NCBI GenBank assembly: GCA_021414225.1
Contig: JAIOOX010000005.1
Coordinates: forward strand, 1-46,185
Direction: 5' to 3'
Length of the DNA stretch: 46,185 nt
Source of the DNA: Candidatus Vogelbacteria bacterium
GTDB taxonomy: Bacteria; Patescibacteriota; Minisyncoccia; Phycocordibacterales; XYD1-FULL-46-19
Of the stretch, positions 9,318 to 19,389 are shown piece by piece (position 1 is the first letter of the stretch; every line of letters begins with the position of its first letter). Below the pieces are notes generated by a model, which was not told the origin of the DNA, searched no databases, and saw nothing but the letters and a program-made list of their open reading frames with translations. The position numbers and the translations under genes are program-made.

Positions 9318-10487
9318 TTAGTTAACTAAAACCCCTTCATATTTAGAAATAATCAGATCAAAATCAAAATCTTTCGCCCGCTTACGACTAGCCAAAGAAT
9401 AAGCCTGTCTCAGACCATCATCCTTAAGTATTTTCAAAATAGCTTGCACTAACCCATCTTCATCCCCAACAGCACACAATATACCGAAATCGGCCATCTC
9501 AAATCCTTTATCCAACCTTAAACGATAATCCGTATCAGGAGCTAGAATTTCTCTGGGACCAGAGTCACAATCAGAAACAACAGCCGGGGCTCCACAAGTA
9601 ATAGCCTCCAGAACTCCGTTAGGCATTCCCTCCCACAATGAAGCTGACACAAACACATCAGCCTTAGCTAAATAACGATAAGGGTTATCTGTATAGCCAG
9701 GTAAAGAAACATAATCCTCGCACTTTAAATCTCTAGTAAGTTCTCTCAATCTTTCTTCTTCACGACCAGCACCCACAATTATTAAACGACAATTTATCTG
9801 CGCTCTTACTCGATTAAAAGACTTTATCAAAAAACTAAAATTTTTCTGTTCTCTCAATCTACCAACAGCCACTATTAGTAAATCACTCTTTCTCTCTACC
9901 CAAGAATGCCCGACCGGCTCTGCTGTTTTTTTTGAGATAAAAGATTCTGATTTTGGGTTATAAACAACAACCACTTTCTTCTTATCAAGATCTGCCACAC
10001 TGGTAATATCGTCTGCTACTCCATTAGACACAGCAATGATTTTATCTGCTTGTTTATAAAATTTTCTCACTAATATAGGTATAAGAAACCTGTCTCTTAT
10101 TTTCCCATACCTTCTAAACAATTCAGAATACATATTCCCTACTCGTAAGACTATCCTCACTCGACTGCCGGCCAAACGTTTAGACAATAGTGACACCAGA
10201 TGAGTATATTCATCCAAAGACATAACAACATCTGGATTGTTTAATATTAAATAGTCTTTTAAATTTAAGGGGCTAAAAATAATTCGACCAACTTTCAAAT
10301 CTACCACCCTGACTAGAGGGTCAACTTGACTAAGTAGCGGTCCTTCATTTTTCATCACCACCAAATCAACCCTATGCCCCCTATGAGCCAAAGCACCAGC
10401 CAATTCCACCATCATTTTTTCTCCACCACCAGATCTGAATGATGAAATAAAAATAGTTATAAGTTTTTTGTTTTTATCCATAACCAT
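9318..10487 (-). CDS. Glycosyltransferase, GT4-type
   Basis: N-terminal 'SSFRSGGGEKMMVELA' and C-terminal 'SLWEGMPNGVLEAITCGAPAVVSD'. Confidence 0.75.
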   Translation of the reverse strand: MVMDKNKKLITIFISSFRSGGGEKMMVELAGALAHRGHRVDLVVMKNEGPLLSQVDPLVRVVDLKVGRIIFSPLNLKDYLILNNPDVVMSLDEYTHLVSLLSKRLAGSRVRIVLRVGNMYSELFRRYGKIRDRFLIPILVRKFYKQADKIIAVSNGVADDITSVADLDKKKVVVVYNPKSESFISKKTAEPVGHSWVERKSDLLIVAVGRLREQKNFSFLIKSFNRVRAQINCRLIIVGAGREEERLRELTRDLKCEDYVSLPGYTDNPYRYLAKADVFVSASLWEGMPNGVLEAITCGAPAVVSDCDSGPREILAPDTDYRLRLDKGFEMADFGILCAVGDEDGLVQAILKILKDDGLRQAYSLASRKRAKDFDFDLIISKYEGVLVN

Positions 10488-11551
10488 TATTTTTTATTTA
10501 ACAAATCTAGAAGCTTGGGAACAAAAACCTTAAAAGAACAATCATTCTCCATAAAAGACCTGCCATTAGCCGCCACTTGTGTCCTTAGTTTTTTATCTGT
10601 GATCAAAGACTTCAATTTTTGATACCACTCGTCAGAACCATCTGCTAAAAAACCATTTACCCCTTCTTTAATCAATCTAGGATTTTCACCCCAATCAGAA
10701 ACAACTATCGGCACACCGCAAGCCATAAACTCCTTCGCTTTATATACATCCTTACCTTTATTCCATTCTGTTTTTTCTAAAGGGTAAACACCAATATCAA
10801 AGTTTTGTATATAACGGACAATCTCTCTTGGCTCAGTCCACATACCCGAAGTCGGAGGCACAGAGATGACAGTCAGATTTAAGTCTTTTATATTTCTAAA
10901 TATTTTAGGAATCTCTTCTCCACCACCCACCAATAATAAACGAATTGATAATCCATCAGCGATCAACCGCTTGAGCGGTTCAACTAGAAGCAACATGTTA
11001 TTGTAGTGGACCGGAGTACCAGTCCAACCAATAACCACTTCTACTAAATCTGTCTTGTTCAAGTCAGGTTTGAAGATATTTTCTGTATCAATCACCGTAG
11101 TAAAAACATGAGAATTTAGGTTATATTTTAAAGCGTAGTTCTTTAAAAATTCACTGCCAGCCAAAACAACATCAGCATATTTAATTATTAAACTAGTTTT
11201 AGTATTAGAACTTCCTTTTTCTAGAAAGATAGCGTCATCAAAATCAAAAGCATAACCCCGACCAAATAAAAAACGCCTCAATAATATTAACACCATAAAA
11301 TCCACCTGGTGAACAGTTCTCTGCAAAACAACAACATCTTCTTTATTCAGATGCCAGAGAATTTTTAGGTTTCGGTAATTTTCTAAAAACCTAGCTCTGG
11401 ATATATCCCACCAAGCTCTAGTTTTAATATGATAAACATCACTATCCACCCCCAAAGTTTTCTTTAGGTAATCTGATATCAAAAAAGCCCTGGTTCGAGA
11501 ACTAGGTAAACGCCTATCTCCTTTGGTGAAAAAAATTATTTTCATTAACAA
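10487..11551 (-). CDS. Glycosyltransferase, GT4-like
   Basis: 'KAKEFMACGVPIVVSDWGENPRLIKEGVNGFLA' GT-B C-terminal block. Its stop shares one nucleotide with the downstream gene's start codon at 10487; its own start at 11551 directly abuts the upstream stop. Confidence 0.65.
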   Translation of the reverse strand: MLMKIIFFTKGDRRLPSSRTRAFLISDYLKKTLGVDSDVYHIKTRAWWDISRARFLENYRNLKILWHLNKEDVVVLQRTVHQVDFMVLILLRRFLFGRGYAFDFDDAIFLEKGSSNTKTSLIIKYADVVLAGSEFLKNYALKYNLNSHVFTTVIDTENIFKPDLNKTDLVEVVIGWTGTPVHYNNMLLLVEPLKRLIADGLSIRLLLVGGGEEIPKIFRNIKDLNLTVISVPPTSGMWTEPREIVRYIQNFDIGVYPLEKTEWNKGKDVYKAKEFMACGVPIVVSDWGENPRLIKEGVNGFLADGSDEWYQKLKSLITDKKLRTQVAANGRSFMENDCSFKVFVPKLLDLLNKK

Positions 11552-12730
11552 CTAACTTTTTGATCCCAGGAATTCATCAAAAACCGAGATTATATATTCA
11601 CGATCTTCTTGGGTGTACCGAGGATGAACCCCTATCCAGAAACTGTGTTCTAGAATATAATCTGCTTCTTTCAATTTACTACCCAGTCTGTATTTTGAGT
11701 CCCGATAAGCTGGATGACGAGTGATATTACCAGCAAACATAGACCGAGTCTCGATGCCATTTTTCTCTAGATGAGCCACTAATTTACCTCTATCTCCAGT
11801 ATAAGTTAGCGGTAAAGCAAACCAACAAACATCAGACCCCTTAACAGTAGTTGGCATAATCAAATCTTTATATTTTGATAGATGTTTAACCAAGTAGTCA
11901 AAATTGTCTTTCCGTAACTTTTTAATTTTATCAGCCTTCCTGAGTTGCACACGACCCATCGCTGCCTGTAATTCTAAAATCTGAAAATTGTAACCAATTT
12001 TATCGTAAACAAATCTAGGGTTATAATCTTTTGGTAGAGTTTTACATGTATGAGGCTTGTCCGTATTAGCTTGTCTCCCCCAATCGCGATACATTCTAAC
12101 ATTAACTGCTAACTCCTTGTTATTCGTAAAAACCCCACCACCAACACCCATTGAGACAATGTGAGCCGCATGAAATGAAGTAAACGAAATATCTGCATAG
12201 GTTTCAACTTTTTTACCATTAATACTAGTTCCCCAACCATCACAGTTATCTAAAATTGTTTTAATTTTATATTTTTGGGCAACCTTCTTAAGACCAACCC
12301 AATCAACCGGATTACCAACAGCGTGGACAGCAATAATCGCTTTGGTTTTCTTTGTTATAGCTTTTTCAACTTCATCAATATCAAAAACATAAGTCCCCAC
12401 CTTAGCGTCAACCACCACCGGAACTAATCCGCATTGTAAGATAATATTAAATATGGTTGGGAATGTAACCGCCGAAATAATCACCTCTGACCCTTTTGGT
12501 AATTCAAGAGCAGACAATGCCAGTAGACCAGCCGAAGAGCCCGAATTGGTTAGTATTCCATATTTAAGTCCAATTTGATCACAAGCTTCCTTTTCCATCA
12601 AAGCCCCCTCTTCACCTTGTTGCCAATTACGGCCATCACCTTTATTAATACACTTAATAATAGCGTCTTTTTCTTCTTGTCCAATCAAAGCACCGCCATA
12701 AGTTATTTGTCTAAATTCTTTTTTAGGCAT
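11552..12730 (-). CDS. PLP/PMP-dependent NDP-4-keto-6-deoxyhexose 3-dehydratase-like enzyme (RfbH/DdhC/ColD-like member of the DegT family)
   Basis: DegT/DnrJ/EryC1 fold: 'LTNSGSSAGLLALSAL', 'ISFTSFHAAHIVSMGVGGG'. His occupies the position where aminotransferases have the Schiff-base Lys. Compare 'SFEGKKNMTTGDGG' in the adjacent paralogue. Confidence 0.6.
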   Translation of the reverse strand: MPKKEFRQITYGGALIGQEEKDAIIKCINKGDGRNWQQGEEGALMEKEACDQIGLKYGILTNSGSSAGLLALSALELPKGSEVIISAVTFPTIFNIILQCGLVPVVVDAKVGTYVFDIDEVEKAITKKTKAIIAVHAVGNPVDWVGLKKVAQKYKIKTILDNCDGWGTSINGKKVETYADISFTSFHAAHIVSMGVGGGVFTNNKELAVNVRMYRDWGRQANTDKPHTCKTLPKDYNPRFVYDKIGYNFQILELQAAMGRVQLRKADKIKKLRKDNFDYLVKHLSKYKDLIMPTTVKGSDVCWFALPLTYTGDRGKLVAHLEKNGIETRSMFAGNITRHPAYRDSKYRLGSKLKEADYILEHSFWIGVHPRYTQEDREYIISVFDEFLGSKS

Positions 12731-13838
12731 ATTTTTTTATTAAATTAATAACGTAATCCTGATCTTCATCGGTCATACCTGGATAAAGCGGTAAAGAAAC
12801 AATATTATGCCAAATTTTATCAGCCACCGGAGTATTAGCTTCTTGTTTATACAACGGGTGAAGGTGCATTGGCATAAAATGAACCCCGGTGGTTACACCA
12901 TTATCCTCTAGATACTTCATCAGACCATCTCTATCGGGCACTTTAATTATATAAAGCCACGGAGCAACAACCCCTTTCGGTTCAATCGTAGGAGTTTCAA
13001 CCCAAGCCAACGTCGATAGTTCTTTATTATATTTTTCTACTAGTTTATTTTTTATTTGCAACAACCCAGGCAATCTTCCCAATTGAACCAAACCAATAGC
13101 AGCCATAATATCGTTCATATTATATTTATAACCAATATCAGAAACCTCATAATACCAGCTATAACTACCCTGTTTTTCACTAAATCTCTTCCAAGTATCT
13201 TTATTAATACCCAACCATCGCATCCGTCTTAGTCTGTCATTAAGTTCGTCATCATTTAAAGTAATCATCCCACCATCACCAGTAGTCATATTTTTTTTAC
13301 CTTCAAAACTATGACAACCCACATGTCCGATCGAGCCCAACATTTTACCATCATAGGATCCCCCAACTGCATTTGCCACGTCTTCAATCACCTTGAGACT
13401 ATACTTCTCCGCAATCTTCATGATGGCATCCATATTGACCGGAATACCCCCCAAGTGAGTAGCAATTATCGCTTTTGATTTAGGTGTAATTTTTTTCTCC
13501 AGATCAACAACGTCTATACATAGAGTTTTAGGATCAACGTCAACAAAAACTGGTTTTAATTTATTATAGTAAGCAGCATGGGGAGCAGAAATAAAGTTAA
13601 TAGTTGGCATCAAGACCTCACTACCTTCAGGAAAGTCAAAAATAGCCAAACCTAGATGTAATGCCGCCGTTCCCGAATTAGTACCAATGCCATATTTAGA
13701 ACCAATAAATTTGGCATAAGCATTTTCAAATTCCACTGTTTTAGGACCAAGTGTCACCCACCCAGATAAAAGGACCTCTTTAACAGCCTCCACCTCCTCC
13801 TGGCCCATATAGGTCTTAAATAATGGTACTTTTCTCAT
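12723..13838 (-). CDS. DegT/DnrJ/EryC1/StrS-family NDP-sugar aminotransferase
   Basis: 'GTNSGTAALHLGL' and 'CHSFEGKKNMTTGDGGM', with the catalytic Lys retained. Confidence 0.8.
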   Translation of the reverse strand: MRKVPLFKTYMGQEEVEAVKEVLLSGWVTLGPKTVEFENAYAKFIGSKYGIGTNSGTAALHLGLAIFDFPEGSEVLMPTINFISAPHAAYYNKLKPVFVDVDPKTLCIDVVDLEKKITPKSKAIIATHLGGIPVNMDAIMKIAEKYSLKVIEDVANAVGGSYDGKMLGSIGHVGCHSFEGKKNMTTGDGGMITLNDDELNDRLRRMRWLGINKDTWKRFSEKQGSYSWYYEVSDIGYKYNMNDIMAAIGLVQLGRLPGLLQIKNKLVEKYNKELSTLAWVETPTIEPKGVVAPWLYIIKVPDRDGLMKYLEDNGVTTGVHFMPMHLHPLYKQEANTPVADKIWHNIVSLPLYPGMTDEDQDYVINLIKKYA

Positions 13839-13883
13839 TGGATGCCATTATATATTGAAAATAGGCCTAAAATCAACCTATAG

Positions 13884-14504
13884 CTACTCAACCTTTAATG
13901 CCAATGGCTGGTATTCAAACTTATCCGAAGGATACACTTTTTTCATATAATCACACACGTGTGGCCACTCCCAAATAATAACTTTTTTATTAGCCACTGA
14001 TTCCATATTTTTCATAGCCATCCTCATATCAGACTCATTGTTTAAAAAATACATCATTACTGCCCGACAAAAAACAACATCCCAATTATTAGAATCTAAC
14101 CATTCGTCAGTAGCACTAACTATATCCACCTCAGAAACAGATAGAGATGAATCACATAAATCTAATAAGTCTCTAGATATGTCGATACCACTAACATTGA
14201 AATGATCTTTTAGTTCGAGCAACAAACGACCATAACCACAACCAACTTCTAAAACACTTTTTGGATTATAGACACTTATAACAGCCACTAATTCTTTTTT
14301 ATTAGGGTTCGTGTGTAAAGGATCAGCTCCACCTTTCCTTTGCCTGTCATACATAGATAGACGATATTTTTTACCATCCTCCTTAACCCAGTAGTATTTA
14401 TATCCTCTAGTGTGGGAAGGTAATCTTTTTATAACAAAAGAACGAAATACTTTTAATTGCCAAAATATACTCAAAATAAACAAACGCAACTTAGCAAAAA
14501 ACAT
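13884..14504 (-). CDS. Class I SAM-dependent methyltransferase
   Basis: Motif I 'VLEVGCGYGRLLLEL' followed by 'VSGIDIS'. Confidence 0.7.
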   Translation of the reverse strand: MFFAKLRLFILSIFWQLKVFRSFVIKRLPSHTRGYKYYWVKEDGKKYRLSMYDRQRKGGADPLHTNPNKKELVAVISVYNPKSVLEVGCGYGRLLLELKDHFNVSGIDISRDLLDLCDSSLSVSEVDIVSATDEWLDSNNWDVVFCRAVMMYFLNNESDMRMAMKNMESVANKKVIIWEWPHVCDYMKKVYPSDKFEYQPLALKVE

Positions 14505-14512
14505 AACGTTAT

Positions 14513-15085
14513 TTAAGTATTAACTTTAAACAAATCCGACTTTGGGTTATTGCACCACTCTTTAAAAGCTGGAGCATTTTTATTTTTATCAGATATAACT
14601 GGTTCTTCTTTGATTGGCCAGTTAATGTCGATATCTTTATCATTCCACAAGATTTCTCCTTGACCATCAGGGTTATAGAAAGCCGAAACTTTATATTGAA
14701 CTTCCGTCATATCTTCTAAGGTTTGAAAGCCTCTAGCAAAACCAGCAGGCGCATACAATTGTTTTTTGTTGTCAGCACTAGCCTCAAGACCAATCCATTG
14801 ACCAAAAGTGGGAGAATCCTTCCTTATATCAACTGCCACCAAAAAAGCAGAGCCCTTAGTGACCCTCATTAATTTAGCCATCGGCTTGTCAAACTGAAAA
14901 TACAAACCCCTGATTGTGTTTTTTTTAACTGATAAAGAATGGTTATCTTGAACAAAAAAATCTTCAATACCAACCTCTTTAAACAAATCAGCCCTGTATG
15001 TCTCTACAAAAAAACCTCTCTCATCTAGATTAACCTTAGGGTTAATAACATATACATCTTTCAAAAATGTAGATTCAATATCCAT
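14513..15085 (-). CDS. rfbC: dTDP-4-dehydrorhamnose 3,5-epimerase-like cupin (RmlC family)
   Basis: 190 aa. 'DERGFFVETYR', 'QDNHSLSVKKNTIRGLYFQ' and 'VAVDIRKDSPTFGQW' follow the RmlC pattern. Confidence 0.75.
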   Translation of the reverse strand: MDIESTFLKDVYVINPKVNLDERGFFVETYRADLFKEVGIEDFFVQDNHSLSVKKNTIRGLYFQFDKPMAKLMRVTKGSAFLVAVDIRKDSPTFGQWIGLEASADNKKQLYAPAGFARGFQTLEDMTEVQYKVSAFYNPDGQGEILWNDKDIDINWPIKEEPVISDKNKNAPAFKEWCNNPKSDLFKVNT

Positions 15086-16000
15086 CTACTTAGATAAATT
15101 AAAATATTCCTCGATACCCTGATCGAAGCTGTAGAGAGGTTTCCAATCAAGTTCTTTATTCAATCTTTCTCCATTCATTTGATATTTAAGGTCCATACCC
15201 GGGCGATGAGAAGGAGTGGTTGGCACATTTTTATTAGTCACCTTTTCCACACGGCTTATTAAATCTTTCACTGTAAAACCATCATTTAATGTCACATTAT
15301 ACGGACCGATTCCCTTCTCTAAAATCAGCTCTATGGCCGGTGGTATGTTTTTAACGTAAATATACTCACGGTAACCAGTTCCTTCATTGTGAACAGGTAT
15401 AGGCTCCCCAGTATCAACCCCATGTTTTATTAAAGACAAGATTTTGCGTTTGTCCTGTCTTGGTCCAAAAACGTTACAAAACCTGGTCTCAGCTATCTTG
15501 TTTTTAAGATTATCGTAAGTATTTTCATAAGCCATCCTCATCAAAGAGCCAGTAGCTTTAGAGCATGAATACGGATTTTTGGGATAAAAATTATCGCCTT
15601 CTAATTTTTTTACTTCACACTCACCATAAATTTCGTCAGTCGACACATAGATGTATTTTTGTAAATCAGGCAACAACCGGCAAGCTTCAAATAGATTTAT
15701 ATTAGCCATGATGTTCTTCTCCAAAATACGATTAGGTTTTTTGGTCGAATCATCAACATCACTCAAAGCCGCAGCATGAATAACATATCCCGGATTTTCT
15801 TTTTTTATAATATCTAAAACTTCAGGTCGACAAACATCCAATTTGTAGTAAACAAAAGAACCATCAACTATCTCAGGATGACTACCTGTTGCTTCTTTGT
15901 CTATCACCACCACATTCCAACCTTTTTTAACAAAATACTCTGTTACGTGGGAAAAAATGAAGCCCAGACCACCAGTAATTAAAATTTTTCTATTTTCCAT
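15086..16000 (-). CDS. NAD-dependent NDP-sugar 4,6-dehydratase/epimerase (extended SDR, RmlB-like)
   Basis: Rossmann 'ILITGGLGFIFSHV' and catalytic 'YSCSKA' (YxxxK). It directly abuts the RmlC-like gene. Confidence 0.75.
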   Translation of the reverse strand: MENRKILITGGLGFIFSHVTEYFVKKGWNVVVIDKEATGSHPEIVDGSFVYYKLDVCRPEVLDIIKKENPGYVIHAAALSDVDDSTKKPNRILEKNIMANINLFEACRLLPDLQKYIYVSTDEIYGECEVKKLEGDNFYPKNPYSCSKATGSLMRMAYENTYDNLKNKIAETRFCNVFGPRQDKRKILSLIKHGVDTGEPIPVHNEGTGYREYIYVKNIPPAIELILEKGIGPYNVTLNDGFTVKDLISRVEKVTNKNVPTTPSHRPGMDLKYQMNGERLNKELDWKPLYSFDQGIEEYFNLSK

Positions 16001-16081
16001 AATTACAGGCTATTATATATAAAAAGGGGCACTAATCAAGCTTAGACTGATTATCTGCTTTTGTGATATATTAGGGCCACA

Positions 16082-16819
16082 ATGAAACTTTCTATAATCA
16101 TCCCTTGTTACAACGAACAAGAAACTTTACCTGAATTACTGAACAAGGTGGTTAGTTTATCTCTAGAAAACTGGCTAACAGAAATAATTATAGTTAATGA
16201 CGGCTCAACTGACGAAACTTCACAAATTTTACAAAATTTTAAAGAAAGATACCCCTTTTTAATCATCTATAACCTACCCAAAAATCAAGGCAAAGGATCT
16301 GCCATAAAGTCTGGCCTAACTTTAGCTACTGGTGATTTTGTTATTATTCAGGATGCTGATTTAGAATATGATCCAAAAGATATTGTTAACTTAATTACAA
16401 AAGTTAAGGACAAAAAGACTATTGTTTTTGGTTCACGAAACTTATCAACAGAAACCACTAGGGGTAAATTAATCCCCCGCCTAGGTGTTAAAACTATCAC
16501 TTATTTAATAAACTTATTATATAACCAAAACTTAACTGACGTCTGGACTTGCTATAAATTATTTCCCCGATCTGCATTCATCTTTTTTGACGAAGGAAAA
16601 TTTGAATCTGAAATAACGTTTATCCAAAAAGCCCTTAGGCACGAATACCAAATCTTAGAAGGCAGTATTTCTTACAACCCAAGAAGCGTCGCCGAAGGGA
16701 AGAAGATCCGCTACCGAGATGGTTTAATTACCATATTCAAGATACTTAAACTATTTTTCCAGCAAAAATATCTAGAGAAAAATATCGTAGAGAGACCCAC
16801 CTTGACTGATCACAAATAA
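16082..16819 (+). CDS. GT2 glycosyltransferase (polyprenyl-phosphate sugar synthase-like)
   Basis: 'LSIIIPCYNEQETL', 'VNDGSTDET' and 'QDADLEYDP' (DxD region). Confidence 0.8.
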   Translation: MKLSIIIPCYNEQETLPELLNKVVSLSLENWLTEIIIVNDGSTDETSQILQNFKERYPFLIIYNLPKNQGKGSAIKSGLTLATGDFVIIQDADLEYDPKDIVNLITKVKDKKTIVFGSRNLSTETTRGKLIPRLGVKTITYLINLLYNQNLTDVWTCYKLFPRSAFIFFDEGKFESEITFIQKALRHEYQILEGSISYNPRSVAEGKKIRYRDGLITIFKILKLFFQQKYLEKNIVERPTLTDHK

Positions 16820-18286
16820 AATAACACTGCATAAAACAGGCAGGGCCGCGATGATCCAGAATAATTCCTGTCTATTATTTCGAATGGCTATTTTTTCAAT
16901 CTCGGACAAACCCAATAAAGCCACCGGTATCACCCATAAAAACTGAATAAAGATAATCCGCGAAATAAATATCGGCCACAATAAAACAGGCAAGGTAACA
17001 ACACTTAAAATTAGCATGTATTGCCAAAACATGATGGGATAATAAATTCCCTTCTTCCAAAATTTAAAGGCAAATACTAAAGAAACTACAACCAACAACC
17101 ATAGAATGTTAAAAGATGAGCTCTCCACTAAAACAAAATTAACAAAAGTGTGGTAATCATTTTGATAAACAGACTGATTTTGTTTAAACCAATCTAAAAA
17201 TAGAGGAGCTCGTCCGGCTAGAATCATAAAATAAGACCCGGTAATCAGGCCAGCCGGAACTAGCAACAAAGAGAGTCGTTTCAAGGTTTGACGTAATCCT
17301 TGTTTCTTAAAGTAAAAGACGATGATCACCACACCAAACAACAAACCCATAACTCCTGTTTCTTTAGACAAAAGACCTACTGTTCCAACCAATGAAGCAA
17401 CTAGAAACCTATAATCCTTAGCAGATTTTATAGCAGACAAGATTAAAGCAACTGACATAGCAGCCAAAGCCCAGCCTGATATGTCTGTTCCTAAAGCTAG
17501 TCCATATTTTAATAACGGATAACTGAAAATCAACCAAATACAACCAATCAATGAAAAGCGCTGATTAAAACCGAGTAAGAGTAGGAGCCAAAAAAAGCTA
17601 GCAATTAAAATAAAGAAGAAGCAGATATTGATGAGCAGTAGAGACTGCTGGGGTAACATGATTGTTGAGAAAATTGCCCCAACGAAACCATAGACCGGTT
17701 TAGCCAGCCGCAATAACACCCCTGAACTGCTTTCAAAAAGTTGATTTTTTGAAAATGAATCAATCTGACCCAGATATATTTCACTATCTATCCGGAGATC
17801 ATAAACACCGTTCACACTAAAAACCAAAAAAATCGCAATCACCGCCGCCAAAACCAAAAACGCAGCCTGATTAATTAAATTATATTTTTTCATAGAAGTA
17901 TTGCCAAAAATAAAAAACCGATAAAATATGAAGGACGATACAGCCAGAATGGCAGCTGCCAGACCCTGAGCCAACAACTCAAACGTATTTAACCACTCTA
18001 CCAGAAAAAAAACAATAGCTACGTTAGCTGCCAAATTAAACCCAGCAACTGATAAATAACCCCCAACTTGTGAACTTAAATTATTTATCTCTTTGTTTTT
18101 AAAGGTAAAAAACTTCTGCAATAAAAAACTAACCATCAAAGACACCCCAACCGCCACCATTGAAGCAAACAAATAATGAAACATTAAAACCGAAAATAAT
18201 AAATGGAAAATAAACAGGTTAACTCCTGCCCCTAATGATCCTGCTATTATAAAACGAAAATATAGACTATTAATTATTTTTTTCAT
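16772..18286 (-). CDS. GtrA-like domain fused to a large polytopic membrane domain (possible GT-C/PMT_2-like glycosyltransferase)
   Basis: The N-terminal ~125 aa, 'RFIIAGSLGAGVNLFIFHLLF...FLLQKFFTFKN', is GtrA-like. The remaining ~380 aa are hydrophobic with many helices. The GT-C assignment is inference only. Confidence 0.5.
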   Translation of the reverse strand: MKKIINSLYFRFIIAGSLGAGVNLFIFHLLFSVLMFHYLFASMVAVGVSLMVSFLLQKFFTFKNKEINNLSSQVGGYLSVAGFNLAANVAIVFFLVEWLNTFELLAQGLAAAILAVSSFIFYRFFIFGNTSMKKYNLINQAAFLVLAAVIAIFLVFSVNGVYDLRIDSEIYLGQIDSFSKNQLFESSSGVLLRLAKPVYGFVGAIFSTIMLPQQSLLLINICFFFILIASFFWLLLLLGFNQRFSLIGCIWLIFSYPLLKYGLALGTDISGWALAAMSVALILSAIKSAKDYRFLVASLVGTVGLLSKETGVMGLLFGVVIIVFYFKKQGLRQTLKRLSLLLVPAGLITGSYFMILAGRAPLFLDWFKQNQSVYQNDYHTFVNFVLVESSSFNILWLLVVVSLVFAFKFWKKGIYYPIMFWQYMLILSVVTLPVLLWPIFISRIIFIQFLWVIPVALLGLSEIEKIAIRNNRQELFWIIAALPVLCSVILFVISQGGSLYDIFL

Positions 18287-19352
18287 AAATAATTTTTAGA
18301 TATCCCTTAGCAGCCTTTTCCCAAGAAAAGTTTTTAGATCTCTCTAATCCTAACTCTGTTAAATTTGATCTGAGGTTTTCATCTGAGGAAATTTTTTCCA
18401 TAGCTAAACAAATATCTTCAACCGAGTCAGGATTTACTAAGTAAGCCGCCACTCCAGCCACCTCTTTCATAGCCCCCCTATCAGAAGTAATAACCGGTGT
18501 CCCAACATCCATTGATTCTAAAATAGGCATACCAAAACCTTCCAACAAACTAGGGAAAACTAGGGCTAGGGCCTTTTTGTATAAATAAGCCAATTGTTTT
18601 TCACTAACATAACCCAAACAAAAAATATCATTCTTGTACTTACTTTCGTTAATAAGCTTTGACACCTCACTATTATCATTTTTACCAGCAAAAACTAATA
18701 TATTATGCGAGTGGGTACGTTCCTTAAACAAGTCAAAAGCTTTTACTACACCCATAGGATTTTTACGGTCTTTCAAAACCCCTACAAATAAGAAAAAATC
18801 ATGGTCTGGCAACTGCTTTACAGCTTCTAAATTGTTTGCATTAATTTTATTGAAACCATTTAGAATGACTACTACTTTATCAACCACTTCGGGATAAAAC
18901 TTCTCAATCTCGCTTTTCGTGTAGTCAGATACAGCAATTATTTTATCCACCCTCATTAGAGAGTGCCGGTGAACAAGTTTAACCGCCATTCTACTGAGGT
19001 ACTGCCTAATTCCATTAGCGGGTAAGTTTAAATACCCCAGATCGTGAACAACTAAAACAGTCTTCTTCAACTTAACAAACAACGGCATCACTGGTGTGAA
19101 AAAGACGTAAACATCAAGGTCATTTTTACGGAACAGGCCAAAATCCAACCAGAATAGATGCCCAGGCAAGGTAACAGGTATCCAATTTTTTGTTTCAGAA
19201 AAAGGCTCAACCATCTTTGTATCCTTTAAGAAAATAGTAAATTGGGTCTCTGGCCCACCTTCAACTATAGACTTAGCTAAAGAAAAAATAGACCGCCCTA
19301 AGCCGGCGGCCATTTTTTCACCATAAGGGTGCAGAATTAAACCTACTTTCAT
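18270..19352 (-). CDS. Glycosyltransferase, GT4-type
   Basis: 'PSLLEGFGMPILESMDVGTPVITSDRGAMKEV'. Confidence 0.8.
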   Translation of the reverse strand: MKVGLILHPYGEKMAAGLGRSIFSLAKSIVEGGPETQFTIFLKDTKMVEPFSETKNWIPVTLPGHLFWLDFGLFRKNDLDVYVFFTPVMPLFVKLKKTVLVVHDLGYLNLPANGIRQYLSRMAVKLVHRHSLMRVDKIIAVSDYTKSEIEKFYPEVVDKVVVILNGFNKINANNLEAVKQLPDHDFFLFVGVLKDRKNPMGVVKAFDLFKERTHSHNILVFAGKNDNSEVSKLINESKYKNDIFCLGYVSEKQLAYLYKKALALVFPSLLEGFGMPILESMDVGTPVITSDRGAMKEVAGVAAYLVNPDSVEDICLAMEKISSDENLRSNLTELGLERSKNFSWEKAAKGYLKIIYEKNN

Positions 19353-19389
19353 GTCACAACCCTACCAAAAAGAAAGGATGATTACAAAC

